Shown here in pieces: positions 43,029 to 53,782 of a stretch of 64,000 nucleotides of DNA (positions are counted from its first letter, which is position 1; each line of letters begins with the position of its first letter). The notes below the pieces were generated by a model. That model was not told the DNA's origin. It saw only the letters and a list, made by a program, of their open reading frames with translations, and made no database searches. The stretch is taken from NCBI GenBank assembly GCA_963726745.1, contig CAVSDR010000003.1:1-64000 (forward strand), read 5' to 3'. A program made the translations under genes and the position numbers. Source of the stretch: an uncultured Verrucomicrobiae bacterium (GTDB lineage Bacteria > Verrucomicrobiota > Verrucomicrobiia > Chthoniobacterales > UBA10450).

Positions 43029-43382
43029 TTATGCCGTGCGTTCGATCGTCGCCAGCAGGAGGTAACCGTGCAGCTGCTGCACGTAAAGCTCGCCCCGTTC
43101 GCGCGCGCCCGTCCAGACAATCGAGCGCCCTTGCTCGTGCACCTCGAGCATGTGCTGCTCGGCTTTCTCGCGCGGCATCCCGAAGACTTTCTGGAAGACC
43201 ATAGTCACGTAACTCATGAGGTTAATCGGATCGTTATGCACCACCACCTGCCAGGGAAGATCGATCGCCTCCTGGGTTCTGGTGTCCTGCTCGATCGTGG
43301 GAGCGGCGCCGGCCTGGAACTTTGCCCTAACGAGTGCTTCGCCAGCGGTGCCCGTGCCGGCTCGCCCTGGCTGCCAACTCAT
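43029..43382 (-). CDS. clpS: ATP-dependent Clp protease adaptor
   Basis: WQVVVHNDPINLMSYVTMVFQKVF, MLEVHEQG. Confidence 0.92.
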   Translation of the reverse strand: MSWQPGRAGTGTAGEALVRAKFQAGAAPTIEQDTRTQEAIDLPWQVVVHNDPINLMSYVTMVFQKVFGMPREKAEQHMLEVHEQGRSIVWTGARERGELYVQQLHGYLLLATIERTA

Positions 43383-43411
43383 CTTGCAGGCTAACATACG
43401 GCGTCGGCTCT

Positions 43412-43843
43412 TCAAACCGCGCGCGCCCTGGTCGCGGCCAGCAGGCGCCGCTGCGTCGTCTCCATCCGTGCCGCCTCGGCAGGCGCGTGGTCGTCGTAAC
43501 CGTGCAGGTGCAGCAGCCCATGGAGAATGTAGAGCCGCACTTCCTCCTCCAGCTCGCTGCCAAATTCCCGCGCCTGCCGCGCGGCCGTCTCCGTGCTCAC
43601 AAAAATCTCGCCATGCTGGAAGGTGATCACATCCGTCGGTCCTTCGATGTCCATGAACTGCCGGTGCAGCGCCGCGATCCGGCGATCGGAGACGAGCACG
43701 ACATGCACCTCCGCGAGCGTAGCCAGGACACTCTCGCCGCCGGCCGGCTCGGCTCGCACGAGATCGAGCGCGCGCGCGCAAAACGCCCGAAGCTCGCCTA
43801 ACGAGAGCCGCACTTTTCGTTGCGCGTTCTGCAGCTGGATCAC
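43412..43843 (-). CDS. ybeY: rRNA maturation endoribonuclease
   Basis: PTDVITF, GEIFVS, HGLLHLHGYDD. Confidence 0.93.
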   Translation of the reverse strand: MIQLQNAQRKVRLSLGELRAFCARALDLVRAEPAGGESVLATLAEVHVVLVSDRRIAALHRQFMDIEGPTDVITFQHGEIFVSTETAARQAREFGSELEEEVRLYILHGLLHLHGYDDHAPAEAARMETTQRRLLAATRARAV

Positions 43844-44787
43844 CGGCTCGCGACTCCTTCCGCGAGCGCCCGCAGTTCCTCGTAGAGCAGGGCGAGCCGC
43901 GGCATCTCGGCGCCGGCAGCCAGCGCCTGCCGCAGCGGCTCGCCCCAGATCGATTCCACTTCGAGCACGCGCCCGGCTTCGAAATCGACCAGGGTCGACG
44001 GTTTGTAGGCGCCCATCTTTTCCGTGCGCTTGATCTGCTCGAGCGCTTCCGCCGTGGGCAGGGCATAACCACAGCGGTTCGCGGCCGCGATGACTTCGTC
44101 CATCAGCGCGAGCACTTCCGCGCGGGTCTCGTCGCGGGCCAGGAGCGCGGCGGTATCGACGCCGCCGCGAGCCACGCAGAGGCCGTTAAAGGGGATGTTC
44201 CAGACGAGCTTGCGCCAGCGTTCGAGCGCAAGATTAGCCGTTACACTGCAAACCACCCCGGAGCGCTTGAATTCCCACGCGACCTCATGCGTCCGCGGGA
44301 GCGGATAGCCGGCATATTCACCGAGCACGACCCGCCCGGTGCCGTATTGCTCGATCACGCCCGGCGCGGTCCGGATAAGGCAGGTAAAACAAAGCCCGCC
44401 AAGGATGCGTTCCGCGCCGAAGTGTTCGGCAAGGAAGGCTTCGTTGCCGAGGCCGTTCTGGAGGGTGAGGAGCATCGTGTTCTCCTTCAAGAGCGGCGGC
44501 AAAAGCCGCGGCAACTCCTCGTTAGCCGTCGTCTTCAGCGCGATGATCACGAGGTCGCACGGCCCGATCTCCGCAGTCGACGAAGCGCATTGCACCTTCG
44601 CCAGGCGGAAGCTTTCCGCCTTCCCGCGCACGCGCAAACCGAACCGCCGGACGTCGCGCAGGTCGCCGCGCATGAGGAAATGCACGTCGCGCCCGAAGTA
44701 GGCCAGCTTTGCGCCGTAGTAGCCGCCGATCGCGCCCGCGCCGACGACGGCGATGCGGAAATTTGGAAGCACGTAGCGGGCTCTCAT
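43840..44787 (-). CDS. panE: 2-dehydropantoate 2-reductase
   Basis: GAGAIGG, LQNGLG, WRKLVWN, KPSTLVD, LEVE. Confidence 0.9.
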   Translation of the reverse strand: MRARYVLPNFRIAVVGAGAIGGYYGAKLAYFGRDVHFLMRGDLRDVRRFGLRVRGKAESFRLAKVQCASSTAEIGPCDLVIIALKTTANEELPRLLPPLLKENTMLLTLQNGLGNEAFLAEHFGAERILGGLCFTCLIRTAPGVIEQYGTGRVVLGEYAGYPLPRTHEVAWEFKRSGVVCSVTANLALERWRKLVWNIPFNGLCVARGGVDTAALLARDETRAEVLALMDEVIAAANRCGYALPTAEALEQIKRTEKMGAYKPSTLVDFEAGRVLEVESIWGEPLRQALAAGAEMPRLALLYEELRALAEGVASR

Positions 44788-46059
44788 GCGGGCGGCCGTT
44801 GCTCTGCCTGGAAGTTTCGCGTGATCAAGCGCGCGCCTTTATTGAAGGTCAGGTAAGCCCAGGCCCACTGCAGGAGCACGGCCACGCGATTGCGGAAGCC
44901 GACCAGGAAAATCACATGCACGAAAAGCCACGCGAGCCACGCGGGCAGGCCGCTGAAGTGGACCCAGCGAAGATCAGCCACCGCTTTGTTCCGCCCGATC
45001 GTGGCCATGCTCCCCTTGTCCCAATAGCAGAAAGGCTGCGGCTTGCGGCCTTCGATCATGCCCAGAATGTTGCGCGCGGCATGCCGGCCTTGCTGCATCG
45101 CCACGGGCGAGACGCCGGGGAGCGGCTGGCCGGTTTGGTGGGGGAAGTTGGCCAGGTCGCCGATCACCTGGACCTCGGGGTGATCCGGGATCGTGAGGTC
45201 GGCGTTCACGAGCACGCGGCCGGCGCGGTCGACCGGCGCGCCGAGGGTGCGGCCTAACGAGGAAGCGGTATTACCCGCGGCCCAGATTTTTACCCGGCAG
45301 GGAATGAACTTGCCGGCTATTTCCAGGCCTTCCTCGGTTAAATTCTCCGCGTGCACCCCGGTGATGATCTCGACGCCTAACGACTGGAGCTGCCGTTGCG
45401 CACTCGCCGAGAGATCCTCCGGGAAGCCGGAGAGGACGCGCTCGCTCCCCTCGATCAGGAGCACGCGCGCGTCCGAGGGATCGATGTGGCGGTAGTCTTT
45501 GGCGAGGGTAAAGCGAGCGATCTCGGCGATGGCGCCGGCCATTTCCACACCCGTCGGCCCGCCGCCGATGATCGCAAAGGTCATCGAGGCCGCGCGCGCC
45601 GCGGCGTCCGGCAGGCGGTCGGCTAATTCGAAGGCGAGCAGAAGGCGCCGTCTAATTTCGACCGCATCTTCGAGGCTCTTCAAGCCCGGGGCGAGGCGCT
45701 CCCATTGTTCGTTCCCGAAATAGGAATGCCGCGAGCCAGTGGCGACGATCAGGTAGTCGTAGGGAATCTCGCGGTCGATCGGTACTCACGGTGCGCGCGG
45801 CCACATCGATCGAGCGCGCCTCCGTCAACATCACGTCCACGTTCGGGAATTTGCTGATCACCCCGCGGATCGGCGCGGCGATGTCCGCCGGCGAGAGCGC
45901 CGCCGTGGCCACCTGGTAGAGCAGTGGCTGGAAAAGATGGTAGTTCGTGCGGTCGAGGATGAGCTGGCGCACCGGCGCCCGCCCGAGCACCTTGGCCGCC
46001 TCCAATCCGCCAAACCCGGCTCCAATGATCACCACCTGCGGCTGCTCCTCCGTTTGCAT
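44784..46059 (-). CDS. ndh: Type II NADH dehydrogenase (frameshift near 45775)
   Basis: GAGFGG, HLFQPLLYQVAT, GGGPTGVE, AMQQG, DKGSMATIGR. Confidence 0.92.
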
Positions 46060-46173
46060 TCGCCCAACGCTCCGCAGAAGCGCGCGCGAGGCGAGCAGTT
46101 TTCCGGCAGCCGGCAAAATCCTGCCGCGGAAAGCAGTTGAAGGCGCAAATTCTTGCCCTACAGTTCGCGCCTT

Positions 46174-46383
46174 ATGCCGAAGCCGATAGCGCGTAGCAAG
46201 ACCCGCAAAGCCGTTGCCAAGCGATTCAAAATCACTGCGACCGGTAAGGTCATGCGTTCCCACGCCTCCCGCCGGCACCTGCTCTCCTCGAAGAGCGCCA
46301 AGCGGAAGCGCCACATGGCGAAGTCGGCTGTAGTCGACTCGACCGATACCGCCCGGATCAAGGCGAACATGCCTTTCGCCTAA
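46174..46383 (+). CDS. rpmI: 50S ribosomal protein L35
   Basis: KTRKAVAKRFKITATGKV...RHLLSSKSAKRKR. Confidence 0.95.
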   Translation: MPKPIARSKTRKAVAKRFKITATGKVMRSHASRRHLLSSKSAKRKRHMAKSAVVDSTDTARIKANMPFA

Positions 46384-46416
46384 GCGAAGGCCCGGCGGCC
46401 AGCGGCTGCTCCGTCC

Positions 46417-46659
46417 CTAATGTCCCGGCTGCGGCAGGGTCTCTTCCGGGAAGGTAATGACCCCGTGATTTTGCGTGCCCGGATCGGCCGGCGTGGCTCG
46501 GTGCGTCGCGGGACTCGTGGCCGGCAGGCGCGTCGGCGGCGCGTGGCGATGCCAGAGCTCATACCCTTCCGCGGGCGAGCGATAGAGATCGCGCCGATTC
46601 TCCAGGGTGGTGCAGGAAGCACAGGCGATAACGCAAGCGAGGAGCAGGAGCGATTTCAC
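46417..46659 (-). CDS. Small lipoprotein
   Basis: VKSLLLLACVIACASC lipobox followed by TTLENRRDLY. Confidence 0.6.
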   Translation of the reverse strand: MKSLLLLACVIACASCTTLENRRDLYRSPAEGYELWHRHAPPTRLPATSPATHRATPADPGTQNHGVITFPEETLPQPGH

Positions 46660-46756
46660 GCGGGGATGCAAACAGATGCCACTCCGGGTGTCAATGAATG
46701 CGCGGGGCTTGAAAATGGCGATTGCGCAGCGTGCCGCTCGCGCCAATCTTTCTGCT

Positions 46757-46850
46757 CCGTCAGGGGCTATGGACTGCGGACTTACGAATCCCGCCAGGGC
46801 AGGAATGCAGCAACGGTAGTTTGATCCGCTTTGCCGTAGTTCTCTGGCGG
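46757..46850 (+). ncRNA. ffs: Signal recognition particle RNA (small 4.5S type)
   Basis: Helix-8 motif CCG-CCAGG-GCA-GGAA-TGC-AGCAA-CGG; long closing stem CCGTCAGGGGCTATGG / CCGTAGTTCTCTGGCGG. Confidence 0.85.
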
Positions 46851-47010
46851 TCTTTCTTTGTCCACGCGCAAAGCCCGCGGCCCAGAAACCGCCGGACACG
46901 GGTTCGCTTCACGCCCACACCGACTCACCGCCCACGGGAGCTCCGGTTTGCCGACCGGGTCGGCCGCGGCCAATTACCGCCAGCTCTTCAGGCTGGCTCA
47001 CTTCCCGCTA

Positions 47011-47040
47011 CGGAAACTAGGTGCACTGAGAGAGTTTCCG
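47011..47040. promoter_or_regulatory. Candidate TetR operator
   Basis: CGGAAACT-N14-AGTTTCCG perfect inverted repeat upstream of the TetR operon. Confidence 0.55.
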
Positions 47041-47070
47041 CAGTAGTCTGCTTTGCCAGTCCCCCGCATA

Positions 47071-47850
47071 ATGAGAACGCCCCATCGCACCGCTCGTTCC
47101 TCCCGGGAAGCTGCGGCTGCTGCTTCCACCGCACTCCCGAAGCCGCGGAAGCCTGCGCGACGGGTTCGCGGGGCGGCTATCACAAGGGCGTCGGCTCAAC
47201 CACCGTCTCTTCCCCACACTTCCCTCCCGGAGGGTAGCTCCGCGAAAGGCAAGGCCCGCCGGCTTTCGCTTCGGGCGCGGATGTTGCAGGCCGCCGGCGC
47301 GCACTTTTTCCATCACGGTTTCCGTAGCGTGACGATGGACGACCTGGCGGCGGAGCTGGGCGTGAGCAAGAAGACGCTCTACGCGCATTTCCCCGGCAAG
47401 GAAGCGCTGCTCGAGGCCGTCTTGCGGGAGAAATTCGCCCGGGTGGACGATCACCTTGGGGCGGTGCAGATCGCGGGCGGCGGCAATTTTGCCGTCATTC
47501 TCCGCGCGATGCTCGAGACCATGGAGCGCGAGCTGGGCGAATTGCAGCCGCCCTTCGTGCGCGACATGCGCCTGAAGGCGCCCCACCTTTTCGCTCGCCT
47601 CGAGGAACGGCGGGCGCGCCTCGTGGAGACGCATTTCGGCGCCCTGTTTCGCGCGGGACAACGCTCCGGTCATGTGCGCCGCGACCTTCCCAGCCACCTC
47701 ATGATCGAACTCCTCCTGGCCGCGCTCCACGCGATCGTCACGCCGCCCCGCCTGGCGGCGCTCCGGCTTTCGCCGCGGGAAGCTTTTGCCGACATCCTCG
47801 GGATCGTCCTCCACGGCGTGCTCGTGCCGGCCAAGAAAGGCGCCCGATGA
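47071..47850 (+). CDS. TetR/AcrR family regulator (true start may be 47281)
   Basis: GFRSVTMDDLAAELGVSKKTLYAHFPGKEAL. Confidence 0.9.
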   Translation: MRTPHRTARSSREAAAAASTALPKPRKPARRVRGAAITRASAQPPSLPHTSLPEGSSAKGKARRLSLRARMLQAAGAHFFHHGFRSVTMDDLAAELGVSKKTLYAHFPGKEALLEAVLREKFARVDDHLGAVQIAGGGNFAVILRAMLETMERELGELQPPFVRDMRLKAPHLFARLEERRARLVETHFGALFRAGQRSGHVRRDLPSHLMIELLLAALHAIVTPPRLAALRLSPREAFADILGIVLHGVLVPAKKGAR

Positions 47851-48614
47851 AGTCGCTGGCTCTTTTTGCCCTAACGAGTGCGGCCTTCCTCCTCGGCGCC
47901 TGCCGGAAGACCGCGCCGTCGGATCGCGTGCAAGGCTACGTGGAAGGGGAATACGTCTACGTGAGCCCGGCGCTTGGGGGTGTCCTTGCCGAGCTTGCGG
48001 TGCAGCGCGGCCAGGAGGTGGCCGCCGGCCAGCTGCTCTTTGTCCTCGATGCGACCAAGGAAGAGGCCGCGCATGACCTGGCGCAGTCTGCCTTACAGCT
48101 TTCCGAGGCGGAGTTTGCCCGCCAGGAAAAGCTCTTCCGCATGGGCCCGGCGGCGGCGCAGGATTTCGACCGCGCCCGCGCTGCGCGCGACCAGGATCGC
48201 CAGCGTCTCGCGCAGGCCGCGTGGAACCTCGCGCAGATGCACCAGCAGGCGCCGGCGGCGGGGCTGGTTTTCGACACGCTTTATCGAGCGGGTGAATGGG
48301 TGCCCGCCGGCAAGCCGGTGGTCGCGCTCCTGCCCCCCGCGAATCTCAAGGTGCGCGCCTTCGTCCCCGAGCGTCGCATCGGCTCGATCCACCCGGGCGA
48401 CGCGGCGCGGGTTTTTGTCGATGGCGTGGACGCGCCGTTTTCCGGGCGCGTCAGCTACATCTCGCCGCGGGCCGAGTTCACCCCGCCGGTGATCTACAGC
48501 CGCGAGAGCCGGGAGAAATTTGTCTTCCTGGTGGAGTGCGCTTTCCCGCCGGAAATAGCCGGCAAGTTGCACCCCGGCCAGCCGGTCGATGTCGAGTTCG
48601 CGACGGCGCCATGA
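47847..48614 (+). CDS. HlyD-family efflux periplasmic adaptor
   Basis: Lipobox LLGAC, QGYVEG, ISPRAEFTPP, LHPGQPV. Confidence 0.9.
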   Translation: MKSLALFALTSAAFLLGACRKTAPSDRVQGYVEGEYVYVSPALGGVLAELAVQRGQEVAAGQLLFVLDATKEEAAHDLAQSALQLSEAEFARQEKLFRMGPAAAQDFDRARAARDQDRQRLAQAAWNLAQMHQQAPAAGLVFDTLYRAGEWVPAGKPVVALLPPANLKVRAFVPERRIGSIHPGDAARVFVDGVDAPFSGRVSYISPRAEFTPPVIYSRESREKFVFLVECAFPPEIAGKLHPGQPVDVEFATAP

Positions 48615-49540
48615 ATGCATCCGCGCCCGCGATCGACGTCGAGGGCATGACCAAGCGCTTCGGCACGCGCACGGTGGTCGACGGCGTCGACCTGCGGGTC
48701 CGCTCCGGCGAGATCTACGGTTTCCTCGGCCCGAATGGCAGCGGCAAGACGACCTTCCTGCGGATGCTCTGCGGGCTGCTCCGGGCGGATGGCGGCCGCG
48801 GCCAGGTGCTCGGGCATGACGTGATCGCGGAGAGCGAGTCGATCAAGCGCGAGGTCGGCTACATGACCCAGCGGTTCAGTTTTTGGGAAGACCTGAGCAT
48901 CGAGGAGAACCTCGACTTCGTCGCGCGCATGTACGCCGTCCCACAGCGGCGCGCGGCGGTGCGCGCGAGCCTCGAGGAGCTTGGCCTAACGAATCGTCGA
49001 AAGCAGCTCGCGGGGCAACTTTCCGGCGGCTGGAAGCAACGCCTCGCGCTCGCCGCCTGCCTGCTGCACCAGCCGAAGTTGCTCCTCCTGGATGAGCCGA
49101 CCGCGGGCGTGGACCCGAAGGCGCGGCGCGATTTCTGGGAACAGATTCACGTGCTCGCGGCCCGCGGCCTTACCTTCCTGATCACGACCCACTACATGGA
49201 TGAAGCCGAGCGCTGCCATCGCCTGGCCTACATTTCCTACGGGAAGCTTTTAGCCGACGGCACGGTCGCCGAGGTGATCGCGCAGGTTGGCCTAACGACC
49301 TGGTCGGTCAGCGGCCCGGACCTGCCGGGCTTGGCCGAGCGCCTGCGCGCGCAGCCCGGCGTGCAGCAAGCAGTCGCCTTCGGAAATTCGCTCCATGTGA
49401 GCAGCGACGACGCCGCGGCGCTGGCGCAGGCGATCGCGCCCTTCCGCGCCGCGCCGTACGATTGGCGCGAGATTCCCTCGGGCCTGGAGGACGCTTTCAT
49501 CAGTTTGATGAGCAGCTCGCGCGACAACTTCACCTCGTGA
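48611..49540 (+). CDS. ABC transporter ATP-binding protein
   Basis: GPNGSGKT, LSGGWKQRL, LLLDEPT. Confidence 0.95.
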   Translation: MNASAPAIDVEGMTKRFGTRTVVDGVDLRVRSGEIYGFLGPNGSGKTTFLRMLCGLLRADGGRGQVLGHDVIAESESIKREVGYMTQRFSFWEDLSIEENLDFVARMYAVPQRRAAVRASLEELGLTNRRKQLAGQLSGGWKQRLALAACLLHQPKLLLLDEPTAGVDPKARRDFWEQIHVLAARGLTFLITTHYMDEAERCHRLAYISYGKLLADGTVAEVIAQVGLTTWSVSGPDLPGLAERLRAQPGVQQAVAFGNSLHVSSDDAAALAQAIAPFRAAPYDWREIPSGLEDAFISLMSSSRDNFTS

Positions 49541-50678
49541 AACGTCACCCGCGCTTCTCCTTTGCCCGCCTGCGCGGGATCATCTTCAAGGAGTTCACGC
49601 AGATGCGGCGCGACCGCCTCACCTTCGCGATGATGCTCGGGATTCCGCTCATCCAGCTGACGCTTTTCGGCTACGCGATCAATTCCGACCCGCGGCATCT
49701 GCCCACGGCGGTGCTGCTGGCGGATCGCGGACCGTTCGGGCGCACCGTGCTTTCAGCGATGCAAAACAGCACTTACTTCGATTTCGTGCGCACGTCGCGA
49801 GCGAACCGGAGGCGCAGGAACTCCTGGCTCGCGGAGAAGTGCAATTCGTCGTCAATATCCCCGAGAGCTTCTCGCGCGATCTCCTGCGGGGCGAGCGGCC
49901 GGCGCTCCTGGTCGAGGCGGACGCGACCGATCCCGCGGCCACGGGCAACGCGCTCGGCTCGTTAGGCAGCGTGATCAACACGGCCCTGCGCCACGATTTG
50001 CTCGGCCCCCTCGCCGCGCTCAACGCCACCGACGGGCCGGTCGACCTGCGGGTGCACGCGCGTTACAACCCGGAGATCGTGACCCAATACAACATCGTCC
50101 CGGGACTCATGGGCGTGATCCTGACCATGACCATGATCATGATCACCGGCCTCGCAATTACCCGCGAACGCGAGCGCGGAACGATGGAGAATTTGCTCTC
50201 CATGCCCACGCGGCCGAGCGAGGTGCTCATCGGCAAGATCGTGCCGTATATCCTCGTGGGTTACGTGCAGGTCGCGGTGATTCTGCTCGCGGCGCACTTC
50301 CTTTTTCACGTGCCGATGCAGGGCAGCATCCTTCTGCTCCTGGCGATCTCGCTCGTCTTCATCGCGGCCAATCTCGCCATGGGAATCACTTTCTCGACCG
50401 TCGCGAAGAATCAGCTCCAGGCGATGCAGATGACTTTCTTCGTCTTTCTCCCTTCCATCTTGCTGTCTGGTTTCATGTTTCCGTTTCGCGGAATGCCGCG
50501 CTGGGCCCAAACAGTCGGCGAGATCTTCCCGCTGACCCATTTCCTCCGGATCGTCCGCGGAATCCTGCTGAAAGGAAACGGCCTCGCAGAAGTGCTTCCG
50601 GAGCTCTGGCCGCTCGCGCTCTTCGCGCTCGTCATGGTAACGATCGGTGTGAAGCGCTACCGCCAGACGCTCGACTAG
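49537..50678 (+). CDS. ABC-2 type permease (frameshift near 49795)
   Basis: KEFTQMRRDR, RERERGTME, LLSGFMFP. Confidence 0.9.
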
Positions 50679-50726
50679 CGATCCGGCCTTGCCCCGGCCG
50701 CGCGCGAAGGCGAAAACTTCTGCCCT

Positions 50727-52566
50727 GTGCTCCTGCTGCCCGCGCTCAAAAAACATTTCGGCTACGACGAATTCCGGCCGTTGCAGGAGGAGATCATCCG
50801 CGACGCGCTCGCCGGCCGCGACGTCTTCGCGCTCATGCCGACGGGCGGCGGGAAGTCGCTCTGCTTCCAGTTGCCCGCGATCCTGCGCGAGGGCCTCACG
50901 ATCGTGATCTCGCCGCTTATTTCCCTGATGAAGGATCAGGTGGACGCGCTCCAGGCCAGCGGCGTAGCAGCGACTTTCCTCAACTCTTCGCTCGACGGGC
51001 AGGACGCGCGCAGCCGCCTGCGCGGACTCTACAACGGCGAATATCGCCTGCTCTACGTCGCGCCCGAGCGGTTGATGTTGCCGTCATTTCTCGAGCGGGC
51101 GCTCGAGTGGAAGATCGCCCAGATCGCGATCGACGAGGCGCATTGCATCAGCGAGTGGGGCCACGATTTTCGGCCGGAATATCGCGAGCTGAAGAAGATC
51201 CGCGCGCACCTCCCGGACGTGCCGGTGATGGCCCTGACCGCGACCGCGACCGAGCGCGTGCGCGAGGACATCCTCAAGCAGCTCCAGCTGCGCGAGCCGC
51301 AGATTTACGTGGCCAGCTTCGACCGCCCGAACCTGACCTATCGCGTGATCCCGAAGGCCGAGCCGTATGAGCAGCTGCGCGACCTTCATCGAGGCGCGGC
51401 CGGACGAGAGCGGGATCGTTTATTGCGCGAGCCGGAAGAGCGCCGATTCGCTGGCTAAAAAGCTGCACGAAGACGGCATCGCGGCGAAGCCCTACCACGC
51501 CGGCCTCGAGGGCGCGGAGCGCGCGCGCCACCAGGAGATGTTCCTGCGCGACGACGTGCGTGTGGTCACGGCCACGATCGCTTTCGGGATGGGGATTAAT
51601 AAGCCGAACGTGCGCTTCGTGGTGCACTACGACCTCCCGAAAAACATCGAGAGCTACTACCAGGAAACCGGGCGCGCGGGACGCGATGGCTTGCCGAGCG
51701 AATGCGTTCTCCTCTTCAGCGCGGCCGACGTGGTCAAGCAAACGCGGTTCATCGAGGAGAAGGGCGAGCAGGAACAACGGATCGCGCATGAGCAGCTCCG
51801 GCAGATGGTGCATTTCGCCGAGACCCGCGAGTGCCGCCGCACCGTTCTCCTGCGCTATTTCGCCGAGGAACGGCCGGACGAATCGTGCAACGGCTGCGAC
51901 AATTGCCTGACCCCGCGGGAGACTTTTGACGGCACGATCGCGGCGCAAAAATTCCTCTCCTGCGTCGCGCGGGTGCAGCAGAAGAGCGGCTTCGGTTTTG
52001 GGCTCAACCACATCATCGAGGTGCTGGTGGGCGCGAAGACGGACGCGGTCCGCCAGCGGGGCCACGATACGCTCTCGACCTACGGCATCGGGCACGACAT
52101 CCGCCGCGAGGCCTGGCAGGGCATCGGCCGCGAGCTCGTGCGCATGGGCCTGCTGGAGGCCGCGCCGGGGAAATTCGCGACCTTGAGCCTAACGAGTGAA
52201 GGAATGGAAGCGCTGCGCGCGCGCACCCCGATCACGCTCACGAAGCAGCCGGACGTGGCCCAAAAAGCCCGCGGCGCGCGCGCCGGCACGATCGAGTGCG
52301 ACGAGGCCCTCTTCGAGAATCTGCGCACGCTCCGCCGCCAGCTCGCGGATGAGCGCAACGTCCCGGCTTACGTGATCTTTTCCGATGTCGCCCTGCGCGA
52401 GATGGCCCGGAGCTATCCGACGAGCACCGCGGAATTCCGCCGCATTCCCGGCGTGGGCGAGCAGAAGCTGCGCGATTTTGCCGACACTTTCATCGCCGCG
52501 ATCCGGGACTACCTCGCCAGCCACGAGCGGCAAAGCTTCGGCACGGCCATCCCGCGAAAGCGCTGA
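50727..52566 (+). CDS. recQ: DNA helicase RecQ (frameshift near 51380)
   Basis: MPTGGGKSLC, DEAHCISEWGHDFRP, QETGRAGRDG, Zn-binding CDNC, HRDC domain. Confidence 0.96.
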
Positions 52567-52575
52567 AGTTGCTGC

Positions 52576-53121
52576 CTAACGAGTCCGGCGCTTGAGCGGA
52601 TCTTCCAGGGTGAGCGCCGCGGCGTGGAACGGCCCGGCGGTCAATTGCGGCGCGACTTCGGCGGGGGTGGCGGTGTATTTGTAAAGCGTTGCCTCGGTCG
52701 GCTCGACGAACTCGGCCTGCTTCACTGCGAGCGGCGACTTGAGGATTTTCGAAAGCTCCTGCGCGAGCACGATGGCGATCGCCCGCGGGTCGCGGGTGTA
52801 GACCGGAATGGGGAAGCCGCCGGAATTGCGATCGTAGCCGTAAATCGTGCCCTCGGTTTCCCAGACGCAATAAGCGTGGCCGGCCGGGTGGTTGTCGTAG
52901 CGCACGAGCAGGATCTTGGTCCAGAAATTCGGCTCGAGCTCGTGCTTCGTTTTCACCAGCGCGAGGTAATTGCAGGCTGAGACGACGCAGCCGTTCAAGA
53001 CCACGAGGTCGCCTTCTTTCGGCTCGAGCAGGACCACTTTGTCCGGGCCACAGGCGGTCAGGCAAACGAGGAGCAGACCCAAAAGGGCAAAGCGGCGGCA
53101 ATTTTTTGAAAGGGAGGGCAT
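52576..53121 (-). CDS. Hypothetical lipoprotein with a possible Cys-His-Asp triad
   Basis: LTAC lipobox; NGCVV, GHAYC, YGYD motifs. Confidence 0.6.
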   Translation of the reverse strand: MPSLSKNCRRFALLGLLLVCLTACGPDKVVLLEPKEGDLVVLNGCVVSACNYLALVKTKHELEPNFWTKILLVRYDNHPAGHAYCVWETEGTIYGYDRNSGGFPIPVYTRDPRAIAIVLAQELSKILKSPLAVKQAEFVEPTEATLYKYTATPAEVAPQLTAGPFHAAALTLEDPLKRRTR

Positions 53122-53301
53122 AAAAGTCGCGGAAACAGACAGCAACCTCGGAGGGCTGCGCGCAGGGACAAATCCCACCCTAGCACCAGCGCGCGCGGAC
53201 TGGATAGCGGTCTTTTTTCGCATCCCCACGCGGCCTGCGGGACGAGCGAATCTCCTCGCAGAATCAGGGAAAATCCGGCTGAATACGGGATCAATTCCCC
53301 C

Positions 53302-53724
53302 ATGAAACAAGAAGCCCCCCACCATCAGCCATTGCGGATTCTGTGCGCGGATGACAACGCCGAATTGGTCGAGCTAATTGCCGAAGGCCTGCAGTTTCAC
53401 GGGTATCGCGTGGACTACGTCTTCGATGGCAACCAGGCGCTCGCGGCGATCGAGGCGCAACCGGAAAAGTTCGACCTCCTGATCACCGACATGCAGATGC
53501 CCACGCTCGACGGCTACAACCTGATCGTGCAGGCCCGCGCGGCCGGGTTTCGCGGCAAAGTGATCGTCTTCGCGGGCGCGCTGACCCCGGAGGATCGCGC
53601 GCGCCTGGCCGCGCTCGGTGTGGCCGCAGTGGTGGATAAGCCGGCGCAAAATCGCCATCTCCTGCGCGAAGTCGCGCGCCTGCAGACGGAGCTTTGGGAG
53701 CAATCGAACGCGCACGCTGCCTAA
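53302..53724 (+). CDS. Single-domain response regulator
   Basis: LCADD, LITDMQMP, DKP. Confidence 0.88.
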   Translation: MKQEAPHHQPLRILCADDNAELVELIAEGLQFHGYRVDYVFDGNQALAAIEAQPEKFDLLITDMQMPTLDGYNLIVQARAAGFRGKVIVFAGALTPEDRARLAALGVAAVVDKPAQNRHLLREVARLQTELWEQSNAHAA

Positions 53725-53782
53725 CGAGCCGGAAGCATCCATTTGTCGGCCGGCGCTTTCGCGGGAAAGCTGGGCCGCGTCC

